IMG/VR virus record: IMGVR_UViG_3300032397_000006
Location: 32,001 to 96,000 of that record
Length of the DNA stretch: 64,000 nt
Reading direction: 5' to 3' (one strand)
DNA from: a virus
Shown: one piece after another, positions 1-7,886 of the stretch
Position numbering within the stretch: the first letter of the stretch is position 1
Layout: every line of letters starts with the position of its first letter
Program-made: the position numbers and the translations under genes
Notes under the pieces: generated by a model
Seen by the model: the letters and a program-made list of their open reading frames with translations, nothing else
Told to the model about the DNA's origin: nothing
Database searches by the model: none

Positions 1-307
1 CCTGCGTAACAGGTTCGGCTCGTAGCCCGTCGCGCCAGTCGAACCACGCGATAAACAGCACGTTGCAGGTCGCGTGTGCGAGGTGCGGCAGTCCGGTCTC
101 CGGATCTAGGAGCTCGCCCCTACGCCACGCAACGAGGTGCCTCTCTACTGCGCCGAAATACTGCTCGCGCGCGTTCGGCACTTTCTGCCAATTCCAAGGC
201 TCGTATTTGTTGGCCCCGTACCACAGTACACGCACGACGTCGCGAACCTGTTCCCACGGTAGAAGCTGCCACGGCTCTTTATCTCGAAATTCTTTAAAGC
301 CTTGCAT
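1..307 (-). CDS. dATP/dGTP diphosphohydrolase domain protein (DUF5664-like), truncated by the window edge
   Basis: Not in the ORF track. Manual translation from ATG 307: MQGFKEFRDKEPWQLLPWEQVRDVVRVLWYGANKYEPWNWQKV...YFGAVERHLVAWRRGELLDPETGLPHLAHATCNVLF, matching the GAxKY..NW / RH..W..GE..DPExGLxHLAHA.C motif. Confidence 0.85.
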   Translation of the reverse strand, partial: MQGFKEFRDKEPWQLLPWEQVRDVVRVLWYGANKYEPWNWQKVPNAREQYFGAVERHLVAWRRGELLDPETGLPHLAHATCNVLFIAWFDWRDGLRAEPVTQ

Positions 308-312
308 CCCGT

Positions 313-873
313 CTATCTATCACTGAACGCGGCGTGTGCCTCGATCAAGCTCGCGTAAAGGCCCTCGACATTGGATCGATTGCGAGCTCGCTCGAGTGCT
401 GCGCTGCCGACCAACAAACTGCGCGCCTTGAATCGAGCGATCCGATCCTCCGGCCAATCGGGAGCGTAACGTTTCAGATCGCGGAGATTCGCGATCTTGT
501 CCGCGAGCTTTACGCAGCGCACGAGATCCGAGGTCTCTGCGCGCAACATCACGCCGATCTGGTGATCGGTTTTCGCGGTGCCCTTCACGTGCGGATCGGT
601 AGTGAGCAGCTGGACGTCGCGCGCGATGTCCTCGCTAAACTCGCGTGCGATTTCTCGATAGCCGTAGGGAGTGTCCTCGATCACGTCGTGCAGAAACGCG
701 ACGACGTAGACCTCGTTGCCGAGCATGCGTGGCGCGAAACTCCCGCGCAGGATCGAAACTACGTCGCACGGGTGCTGTAGGAACGGCACGCCCTCAGCGC
801 CGTCGCGCACCTGCCCGCGGTGCGCCATCGCGGCAAATTCCAGAGCCTTTAGAACGTCCTCAGTTCTGTGCAC
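313..873 (-). CDS. HD-domain (p)ppGpp hydrolase-like protein (SpoT HD / Mesh1-type small alarmone hydrolase)
   Basis: Motifs AH.GQ.R..G.PF..HP, LHDVIEDT, VKLADKIANL. Probable GTG start at 873 after GGAAGG. Confidence 0.85.
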   Translation of the reverse strand: MHRTEDVLKALEFAAMAHRGQVRDGAEGVPFLQHPCDVVSILRGSFAPRMLGNEVYVVAFLHDVIEDTPYGYREIAREFSEDIARDVQLLTTDPHVKGTAKTDHQIGVMLRAETSDLVRCVKLADKIANLRDLKRYAPDWPEDRIARFKARSLLVGSAALERARNRSNVEGLYASLIEAHAAFSDR

Positions 874-1039
874 GGCTACCTTCCATTCCGCTTCCACCAC
901 CCGCACCGCCTTTGGCCTTTGCTCGGAGACACGCCCTCCCGTCCGGGCGATCATGATCTCGCATGAACGCAGCCCAGTTCTTACTCCAAGTTCGAACCTT
1001 GCAATGTGGACATTGCAGCCTGCTGTCTTTCTTTTCCAT
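860..1039 (-). CDS. small Cys/His (Zn-finger-like) hypothetical protein
   Basis: ATG 1039 follows the repeated promoter/RBS cassette; CPHC...H..C. Confidence 0.55.
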   Translation of the reverse strand: MEKKDSRLQCPHCKVRTWSKNWAAFMRDHDRPDGRACLRAKAKGGAGGGSGMEGSRAQN

Positions 1040-1091
1040 CGAACACCTTCCCTTCACTCCAGAGCTTATCGCGTCCTGCGATAACCTGCAA
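1032..1091 (-). promoter_or_regulatory. repeated promoter/operator/RBS cassette
   Basis: Minus strand TTGCAG-N17-TAAGCT; palindrome TTATCGC-N5-GCGATAA at 1066-1084; SD GAAGGGAAGGTG. Confidence 0.85.
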
Positions 1092-1232
1092 GCGCTTTCA
1101 AAGGCACGAGGAGAATCACCCGCTCCCACGCCTCGAGTGCGGCCCGGTACTCGGCTGAGCTCAGCCCGTGGCGCTCGCGTGCCGCGCGTACGCACTCGGC
1201 CGCGGCCTCTACGCGGAGCTCTCGCTCAGTGC

Positions 1233-1472
1233 TCACAGCTTCGGGCATCGCGCAATCGCCTCCGGAGTGAAATGCCACGCCTGCAGGCGCTTGGTGCACA
1301 CGGGACAAGTGAGCTCGTCTTCGTGCACGTCGCACAGGTTACCCGCCTTCACGCGCCCGCACAGTGCGGTTTTCCCGCCATCCTGAGACGCGTGCGTCAA
1401 GAGCGTGCCTGCAAGCGAGCTGTCCGCGTACGCGCCAGCGAGCACGCCGTGGAATGTGACGGGCGCGCTCAC
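1233..1472 (-). CDS. hypothetical Cys-rich protein
   Basis: Start overlaps the upstream stop; H..ALC...C..CPVC. Confidence 0.55.
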   Translation of the reverse strand: MSAPVTFHGVLAGAYADSSLAGTLLTHASQDGGKTALCGRVKAGNLCDVHEDELTCPVCTKRLQAWHFTPEAIARCPKL

Positions 1473-1852
1473 GACTCACACTCGAATTGCTGGCGCTGCT
1501 TGCGAAAGCCGTCGTAGCCGTGCAGAGCAATACAGCGGTATGTACGAAAACCGCACGCCTCGATCCGTGTGAGTGCTTCGGCAGCAAGTGCTTCGTCCGC
1601 GTTGTGGCTAAGCAACGAGATAGCCGACAGTGTGTCGTCGATGAATTCGACGGTAAGTGCGTGAGCGCGCAAAGGCTTTACAGCGCTAGCTATTTCGGCG
1701 CGTGATACAAGCGCGGCAGTATGCCGCCCTGCGTACTCCCTGTTAAACTCATACACGTTCGCAACGTGCGCGAGGTACAGGTCTCGTATTTCGGCACCTG
1801 TTAGATAGGCGATAGCCGCCAACTCTTGCACCGGCATGATCCGAACACTCAC
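1469..1852 (-). CDS. hypothetical protein
   Basis: Translationally coupled by GTGA overlaps. Confidence 0.6.
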   Translation of the reverse strand: MSVRIMPVQELAAIAYLTGAEIRDLYLAHVANVYEFNREYAGRHTAALVSRAEIASAVKPLRAHALTVEFIDDTLSAISLLSHNADEALAAEALTRIEACGFRTYRCIALHGYDGFRKQRQQFECES

Positions 1853-2253
1853 GATGCCACCTCCCGCACCTGCGAAGCCACGCCAACACCGCGCACGTAC
1901 CAGTACGGCTCCACCTCGAGGGGCAAGGCCAAGCTATGCCCCGGGCTGAAATCCACCGGGCCTGCGCTTGCTGCATACTGCCGCGCTTCCCCGTAGGTCC
2001 GCCAGCCCCCGTGATGCACGGTCGCGCCGAACACGCGGTCACCGTTCGCAGTCACAATCATCACCACGAAGTGACACAGCAACGCACGTGCCTCGCTGGT
2101 TTTGCCCTCGTGCGCGTGCTCGAGATCAGTCAGCCAGCCCATTTTATCAACGCCCATGGTTGCCACGGCCTCACGACGTTCCGGCGCAAACCGCCAGCTC
2201 TGCGCATCGCCTACCCGCCGCCACTCACGATCCATTTCCCGCTCATTTTCCAT
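1849..2253 (-). CDS. hypothetical early-type protein
   Basis: ATG 2253 follows the cassette SD. Confidence 0.65.
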   Translation of the reverse strand: MENEREMDREWRRVGDAQSWRFAPERREAVATMGVDKMGWLTDLEHAHEGKTSEARALLCHFVVMIVTANGDRVFGATVHHGGWRTYGEARQYAASAGPVDFSPGHSLALPLEVEPYWYVRGVGVASQVREVAS

Positions 2254-2305
2254 CGAACACCTTCCCTTCACTCCAGAGTTTATCGCACGCTGCGATAAAC
2301 AGCAA
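2246..2305 (-). promoter_or_regulatory. repeated promoter/operator/RBS cassette
   Basis: TTGCTG-N17-TAAACT; palindrome 2280-2298; 33 nt identical to 1032-1064. Confidence 0.85.
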
Positions 2306-2313
2306 GCCTCGAA

Positions 2314-2946
2314 TCAGCCGTCGTCGTCCTGCAAGAGATTTTGCAGTCGTTCCCGCAGCTTCGCGTCGCGCTCGTCGTCGTCTGCATCGTCGTCGTGTTT
2401 CTCGAGCCACTTTGCTGCGGCGCCGAGCAGCCACTTGCGCACGTCGTCTGCGTCGAGGGCCGCATCAGCGTTCGCGTTCGCGACCTCGTTAGCAACGAGC
2501 TCGCCGAGCTCAAGATCCGAGGTCACGACATCGTACAGAGTGACCGGCGCGAACCAGTCGGAGGCCTCCCAGTAGGTTCGCGCGCTTCCTACGGCCTCTC
2601 CGATTTTCTCGCACAGCCGATCCATGCGGTCGCGATCGGCCTCGCCGCCCCACGAACCCACGTGATTATTTCCATTCCACTTGGCGCCGCGATAGAAGCC
2701 CGCGAGCTCCACCAATTCAGCCTCGTGCGCCCGCAGCACGGCCTCAACCTCGTCAGGCACTGCGGTGGCCGACACGCGGCACACGCACAGCCAGCGGTGG
2801 TGCCAGGCGGGCTCTGGGCAGCCCGCGCCAACGGTGCCCCACACGAACACCTCAGGCGCTGGCCCGTCCGCAGGGATCAGGTACACGCTGTTGTTTGCAC
2901 CCGAGGTCTGCACGAGATCCATGTTTCCGTAACGCATCTTTTCCAC
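2314..2946 (-). CDS. hypothetical acidic protein
   Basis: Long ORF directly after the cassette SD; GTG start about 2946. Confidence 0.7.
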   Translation of the reverse strand: MEKMRYGNMDLVQTSGANNSVYLIPADGPAPEVFVWGTVGAGCPEPAWHHRWLCVCRVSATAVPDEVEAVLRAHEAELVELAGFYRGAKWNGNNHVGSWGGEADRDRMDRLCEKIGEAVGSARTYWEASDWFAPVTLYDVVTSDLELGELVANEVANANADAALDADDVRKWLLGAAAKWLEKHDDDADDDERDAKLRERLQNLLQDDDG

Positions 2947-2949
2947 GAT

Positions 2950-2997
2950 CACCTACCCTTCACCCTTGAAGTTATCGCGCTTTGTGATAACTGTCAA
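2950..2997 (-). promoter_or_regulatory. repeated promoter/operator/RBS cassette
   Basis: Consensus TTGACA-N17-TAACTT; near-palindrome 2972-2990; SD GAAGGGTAGGTG. Confidence 0.9.
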
Positions 2998-3215
2998 GGG
3001 AGTACCTCCGTTATTCCACGCAGCTCGGCGAGGGCCGATCGAAGTGCTTTGATGGCGGCTTCTGCGTCCTGCAGGGGAAGGGCGCCTCGTATTTGAGGGC
3101 GCACTCGCTCAAGCGCGCAAACTGCCTCGAGTAGTAGCGCGTGCAAATCCGCGGCTGTGATTTGCACAACTTCGGGAGTGCCCCGAGTCGGCAAATGGTA
3201 GCGCGAGATAATCAC
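2994..3215 (-). CDS. hypothetical protein
   Basis: Coupled small ORF. Confidence 0.5.
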   Translation of the reverse strand: MIISRYHLPTRGTPEVVQITAADLHALLLEAVCALERVRPQIRGALPLQDAEAAIKALRSALAELRGITEVLP

Positions 3216-3409
3216 AGCTCACTACTCAGCACGCCGTTACGCAGCCAACCACAAGCCTGCACCGGGCGCTTTCCGTTCCTCTGCACAACAAACTTTTCCT
3301 CGGAAGCAAGATGCACGTAAACGGCGTCACCTTCCTTGCAACCAACTGCGAGCACCTTCCAGCGAGCTCCAGCAATCAGCAACGCGGTGCCTTGTTTAAT
3401 TTCGTCCAT
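3212..3409 (-). CDS. hypothetical protein
   Basis: ATG lies 7 nt after a degenerate palindrome (3417-3435). Confidence 0.6.
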   Translation of the reverse strand: MDEIKQGTALLIAGARWKVLAVGCKEGDAVYVHLASEEKFVVQRNGKRPVQACGWLRNGVLSSEL

Positions 3410-3447
3410 GCTTCATTTATCGCACGCTTGGATAACAGCGGTCAACC

Positions 3448-4119
3448 CTAAAGCTCGATCTCGCACGAGCGCTCGACCGCGCCCTGCGCTTGCGCGTAAG
3501 ACTCGGCCTTGCCCTCAGTCGCCCGCGTACAGTAGCGCCAGCCCGCAGAGAGCGGCGCAAGGTCGTAGTAGACCAGGCCTAGCGGGAGCTCGTCGAAAAC
3601 ACCGGGTAGCGCCCAGCCGCTGCGATGGAGCTCCGTGGGAGCCTTACGCAGTCTGGCGATGGCCGCTGCGGGCACTCGGCCTACGTGCGTCCGACACTCC
3701 GGAGACAGCCCTGTCAGTGTCACGCAGCCAAGCCGTGGCACAATGGCCACGGCCGCAGGAAAGCTCGACGTGAGCTGCGACGCCTCGTAAAGCACGATCA
3801 GCCCTGGCACGCAGTTTTTCTCGGTCACGGTATCGTTGCAGCGCTCGCCTGCCTGCAGCGGCTGAAACGCGCTAGACAGGAGCTCACCCTCGAGTTGATA
3901 GCGCCACTTCGCGGAGTCCGAACCTCCGATCTCGACCTCGCGAGCAGGCGACGATTTCGCAGTTTCTGAAAACAGCAGATCGGATGCGAAAGTCATCACG
4001 CACACACGGTAAGGCCTCAGCACGCCTGGCACCGCAACGCGAACGGGCCACACGCCAAACCGAGCGTGCAGCCATTGCACCGAGCGTTGCAGACTGCGCG
4101 GATCAACGGGCTGCGTCAT
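3448..4119 (-). CDS. hypothetical protein
   Basis: ATGA overlap with the upstream gene. Confidence 0.6.
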   Translation of the reverse strand: MTQPVDPRSLQRSVQWLHARFGVWPVRVAVPGVLRPYRVCVMTFASDLLFSETAKSSPAREVEIGGSDSAKWRYQLEGELLSSAFQPLQAGERCNDTVTEKNCVPGLIVLYEASQLTSSFPAAVAIVPRLGCVTLTGLSPECRTHVGRVPAAAIARLRKAPTELHRSGWALPGVFDELPLGLVYYDLAPLSAGWRYCTRATEGKAESYAQAQGAVERSCEIEL

Positions 4120-4358
4120 TTACGAGCGCCCGCGTCCGCAGCAATCCGGGCGATCACGCGCTCGAGGCACTGCGGACAACCGAGCAACCTTCCTTTCTGC
4201 ACACTGTTGTAAAACCAGTGATCTGTGTCGACGAAAACAAACTCAGTAGCCCGTAGCTCGCCGTCGACATTACTGCCTATGCGGCGCCCGCACAAAGATC
4301 TGCCTATCCTGTCGGCGTGCGTAGCAGCAATGCACTTAACGTATCCAGGTCTGTCCAT
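4116..4358 (-). CDS. hypothetical Cys-containing protein
   Basis: Compact gene packing; C..SLCG...CPQC. Confidence 0.6.
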   Translation of the reverse strand: MDRPGYVKCIAATHADRIGRSLCGRRIGSNVDGELRATEFVFVDTDHWFYNSVQKGRLLGCPQCLERVIARIAADAGARK

Positions 4359-4361
4359 TGT

Positions 4362-4595
4362 CTAGATCCACGTTTCGATGATCTTCGGATCGTCTTGCTC
4401 GCAACGCTCCAAACGAGAGAGCCCCTTCTGCGAAAGGAAAGCGCGCAACGCTTCTAGCGTTTCGAATAGGTAGCACTCTTTCGGCGCAGTCAATTCCCAA
4501 CGCCTCGTCACGTAATGCTCCGGGTAGTCGCCTGGATGATCATAGACCGTCCAGATATCGAGAAGGTTCTGATCACTCACGACGGATCCCACCAC
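4362..4595 (-). CDS. conserved small phage protein
   Basis: WTVYDHPxDYP..YV.R.W ... DDPKIIETW motif typical of phage hypotheticals. Confidence 0.7.
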   Translation of the reverse strand: MVGSVVSDQNLLDIWTVYDHPGDYPEHYVTRRWELTAPKECYLFETLEALRAFLSQKGLSRLERCEQDDPKIIETWI

Positions 4596-4808
4596 ACGTC
4601 GCCGGGCTCGATATCGAACGCAGCTGTCGCGTGAATCGCTACGTTACTATTCGTGCCGTGCTTTTCGATAATCGTAGGCAACGTATTACGCAGCGCCGTT
4701 ACGACTGCCGTTGCTTCCTCCGCCGCAAGCACAGGATCGCTGTGCTCTTTAATGCTGCGCACATAAACCATGGACCAGATAACGATCGCACTTTCCACAG
4801 AGCACCTC

Positions 4809-5321
4809 TTACTGTTCCAAAGGGGGGTATTCGTGATCATATGCGTCGAGGTTCAAATCCTCGTCATCGATCTCGGCCTTTTCGTGGAAAACCTCCAAGA
4901 TCGCAGCCCGCACAATAGCGTCGTGCTCTTTATCGGAAAGCATGCCCTTGGATTTTTTCAGCGCCGCCCGTATGCGCGCAGTTAACATGGAAGCATCCGC
5001 TTCCATTAGAGCGATCGTTGCAAACACGTTTGCGCACCCCTCATAGTGTTCGAATACCTCTTGCAGATCGTGGAAAAACTCCTCACTTAGCTTTGACATA
5101 AGAGGGTGCAGCAACTCCTCCGCAATTTCACGCGCGAGTTGTACCGGCGGAGAATAGGGAGGTCTGCTCGCCAAGCCTCTACTCTGATCAGCAAGCTCTC
5201 TGTAAAATACAGACGCATCCTCGTGCGAATGAATTGACGCTTTGCGAACTTTATCGATCGCGTCCAGCACGTTATCGTGTAGCGCTTCTTCTTTATCGCG
5301 ATCTCGTTTTGTGTGCTTCAT
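4809..5321 (-). CDS. hypothetical protein
   Basis: Probable ATG at 5321 (MKHTKRD). Confidence 0.6.
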   Translation of the reverse strand: MKHTKRDRDKEEALHDNVLDAIDKVRKASIHSHEDASVFYRELADQSRGLASRPPYSPPVQLAREIAEELLHPLMSKLSEEFFHDLQEVFEHYEGCANVFATIALMEADASMLTARIRAALKKSKGMLSDKEHDAIVRAAILEVFHEKAEIDDEDLNLDAYDHEYPPLEQ

Positions 5322-5384
5322 AGTTTTCGCTCTGTACGATAAGCGCTCAGTGCGAGCAAGGCAACGCGAAAGCACCGCCACAAC

Positions 5385-6125
5385 TCACGTCAAAACGTCG
5401 CCCGCGATGGCCACGCGCACCGTCGTCACCTTCGCAGTCTCGAGACTGCTCAGCGTGATCGAGCTCGTGACCGCCGTAAGCAACGCGTACACGTACACGC
5501 CATCCGCACTCGACGCCGCGGCGTCGATCGGCTTGCGCAGCTGGATCGGCGCCGAGCCGATCAGCGGATCGGTCCCGAGGTCACTCGTCAACGCAGCGAA
5601 ACCAAGCACCGCATTGATGGTCAGCACCTCGACCTTGCCGGATAGCGAGGCGTTCGCGCCGCTCACTCGGATCTGCCCACCGTCGACCGTGAACGGTAGG
5701 AAGGCCAGCCCCGCCAGCACCGCGGCAGAATTGAGCCGCTGCGCGCACTGCGCGGCAGACTGATCGCCCGACAAGAACGTGCCCGAAACCGTCACGCCGT
5801 CAACCTTGAAACTGAACGCCTGTCCGCCCGTAAACGCAGTGGGGAACGTGCCCCCCACACCGAGCAGCGTGGCCACGGTGCCAACCGTCCCGCCCAACGT
5901 GACCTCGAGCGCCCCGTCCGCGTCGATCCAGATCAGGCGCGCTTGCGCGACGTCGCCAAAGTCGACCACCACGTTCTGCTCGCCCGCGTTCAGGGAGTAC
6001 GTCCCCGACTCCGCGCGTGCGAGCGAATCAAGTGCCTGCGACACACTGCCCGCAAACAAAGCAGGCGTGAGGGTCGCGCCGAGGCCCACGTCGAGAGTCA
6101 TTTCTACGCTATGCCGGACGCCCAT
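5385..6125 (-). CDS. putative virion structural protein
   Basis: Immediately downstream of the portal; Gly/Ala/Thr/Val-rich beta-type composition. Confidence 0.6.
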   Translation of the reverse strand: MGVRHSVEMTLDVGLGATLTPALFAGSVSQALDSLARAESGTYSLNAGEQNVVVDFGDVAQARLIWIDADGALEVTLGGTVGTVATLLGVGGTFPTAFTGGQAFSFKVDGVTVSGTFLSGDQSAAQCAQRLNSAAVLAGLAFLPFTVDGGQIRVSGANASLSGKVEVLTINAVLGFAALTSDLGTDPLIGSAPIQLRKPIDAAASSADGVYVYALLTAVTSSITLSSLETAKVTTVRVAIAGDVLT

Positions 6126-6128
6126 TTT

Positions 6129-7877
6129 TCAATCCTCCGTGATCTCGATCGTCTGCTCAGCGCCACGCACTACTCGAGTCACGCGCGCCTTACGTAGCTC
6201 GTTCGTCGCAAACTGCGCGATCGCCCTCGCCGATTTCCGCGCTTGCTGCGAAATCAGCTTGTCGTCGCCCTCGTCGTCGTCGCCCTGTGCGGCCCACGGC
6301 GGCGTCTGCCCGTCCTGGTGGAGCAAGTTATCGTCGGGCTCCTCGTCGGGCTGCGCTGGCCCCGCCGCGCCTGCGCCCGGGGGCTGCCCGGGCTCCCCTT
6401 GCCCAGGCTCCCCGCCTTGCTGCTGTTGCTGCGCGGCTGCGTCCTTTTGAAGCGCCCACTGGATCCAGGTGGAATTCAGAATCGCCTTACCCTGTTCGCC
6501 GGGCAGTGGCTTCATGTCCTCTTGAGCTCGGATCTCGTTGACCGTCTTGTAGGTAGAGCCGTCCTTCGACAACGCTTCGCGATCCGCTTCCTCACCCGAG
6601 CCGAACATACCGCCGAAAATGAATTCGAAGTCGGGCGCGAGATCCCAAATCAGGTGGCTGTTGATCACGTCCGTAAAGTGATCGGATAGCGGACGCAGGC
6701 CCTTGTCTTTCGACTCCGCGAGTTTCGATTCTTGATCGCCCGTGTTGAGCGAACTCGACTGCCCAGTGTTGCCGAACTGGAAATTGATCTCGAGCGGATC
6801 GACGCCGTACACCGCGCAGATCAGCTTAGTCACCCAATCCATCCACGCCGAGAATTCCATTTCTCGGTTGTTGGAGTGCATCGACACCCATTGAATGTCT
6901 TCGCTGTTTAGGATCGGCGTACGCCACGCATTCTCGACGCCGGAGATCATCGAATACCACTGGCGCCGGAAGGCACGCATTTGCTTATCCGGGATCGTAC
7001 CCTTGATATTAAGCAGCCCCTTTACCGCGCTGCCTTGCTGGAAAAAGGCCTGGTTATACTGGAATCCGAAAAGCCACGCAGTCACGAGGCGAATGATCTG
7101 CTCGATCGGCGAAAACCCAAACCCGTTCGTACGCAGGTCAGAGCGGGGATTCATGATGCACCACGCGAGCTCATCGTATGCGAACTCAGCGATCACCGTG
7201 TTTTCGTAGACCTGGACGTAGCTCACGCGCTGCCGCATTTCCGCCATGCCTGCATGCTCAACGTCGAGCACCGCGGGACGGATCGTTTCGCTTGGTAACG
7301 CAATGAAACGCGACACGCGCCCTTCTCGATCGGAGAGCTTTTCAAAGGCCCACTGATCGTAGGTCAGGGTGTCGCGCAGCCCCTTTTTCAAGAACGAGCG
7401 GAAGCTATCCCGGTCTCGAGCTCGCTCGCCGGTCTGCAGCACGCCGGTAGTCTCGAGCATGCGCTCAATTTCCATCGCGCGTTTACGCTCGACCGGAGTC
7501 ATGCTCCGATTTCGATCACGCCGATCTCGCAAGATCACGCGATAGCCCTTGTCATACTTCCCTTGTTGCGGGCGAGCGAACTGCGCCATTTGATTCGTGC
7601 GCAGCTGAATGATCGCAGCGAGGGGGGCGCACGTCATGGACATGTGCCGCAAAGCCTCGTAGGTCAGCATGGACGGACGCTGGCGCCACCCTCCCCAATC
7701 GTTGATCGCGTAGGGATCGAAGAACATCGCCTTAGGCTTTTCTTGCGTAGGCTCCGCGAGCCCACGCGCCTGCAGCGCCTTCACCATTTCATCGGCGGAG
7801 ATATCCTCGTTGCTCCCATTTGCCCACGCGCTGAGCGCGTTAACAGACCGTCGCCGGATATCGTCAATGATCCCCAT
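6129..7877 (-). CDS. phage portal protein
   Basis: GFSPIEQ, YNQAFFQQGSAVKGLLNI, MEFSAWMDW..KLICAVYGVDPLEI, KDKGLRPL, TVNEIRA motifs. Confidence 0.93.
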   Translation of the reverse strand: MGIIDDIRRRSVNALSAWANGSNEDISADEMVKALQARGLAEPTQEKPKAMFFDPYAINDWGGWRQRPSMLTYEALRHMSMTCAPLAAIIQLRTNQMAQFARPQQGKYDKGYRVILRDRRDRNRSMTPVERKRAMEIERMLETTGVLQTGERARDRDSFRSFLKKGLRDTLTYDQWAFEKLSDREGRVSRFIALPSETIRPAVLDVEHAGMAEMRQRVSYVQVYENTVIAEFAYDELAWCIMNPRSDLRTNGFGFSPIEQIIRLVTAWLFGFQYNQAFFQQGSAVKGLLNIKGTIPDKQMRAFRRQWYSMISGVENAWRTPILNSEDIQWVSMHSNNREMEFSAWMDWVTKLICAVYGVDPLEINFQFGNTGQSSSLNTGDQESKLAESKDKGLRPLSDHFTDVINSHLIWDLAPDFEFIFGGMFGSGEEADREALSKDGSTYKTVNEIRAQEDMKPLPGEQGKAILNSTWIQWALQKDAAAQQQQQGGEPGQGEPGQPPGAGAAGPAQPDEEPDDNLLHQDGQTPPWAAQGDDDEGDDKLISQQARKSARAIAQFATNELRKARVTRVVRGAEQTIEITED

Positions 7878-7886
7878 TTGCCTGCC

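Noticed and set aside
1-873. 2-aminoadenine (Z-genome) pathway
   Set aside because: The HD protein is SpoT-type rather than DatZ-type and no PurZ is visible. It cannot be excluded outside the window.
1849-2271. Shared N-terminal peptide MKGRC on several predicted ORFs
   Set aside because: It is the translated SD (GTGAAGGGAAGGTG); true starts are just downstream.
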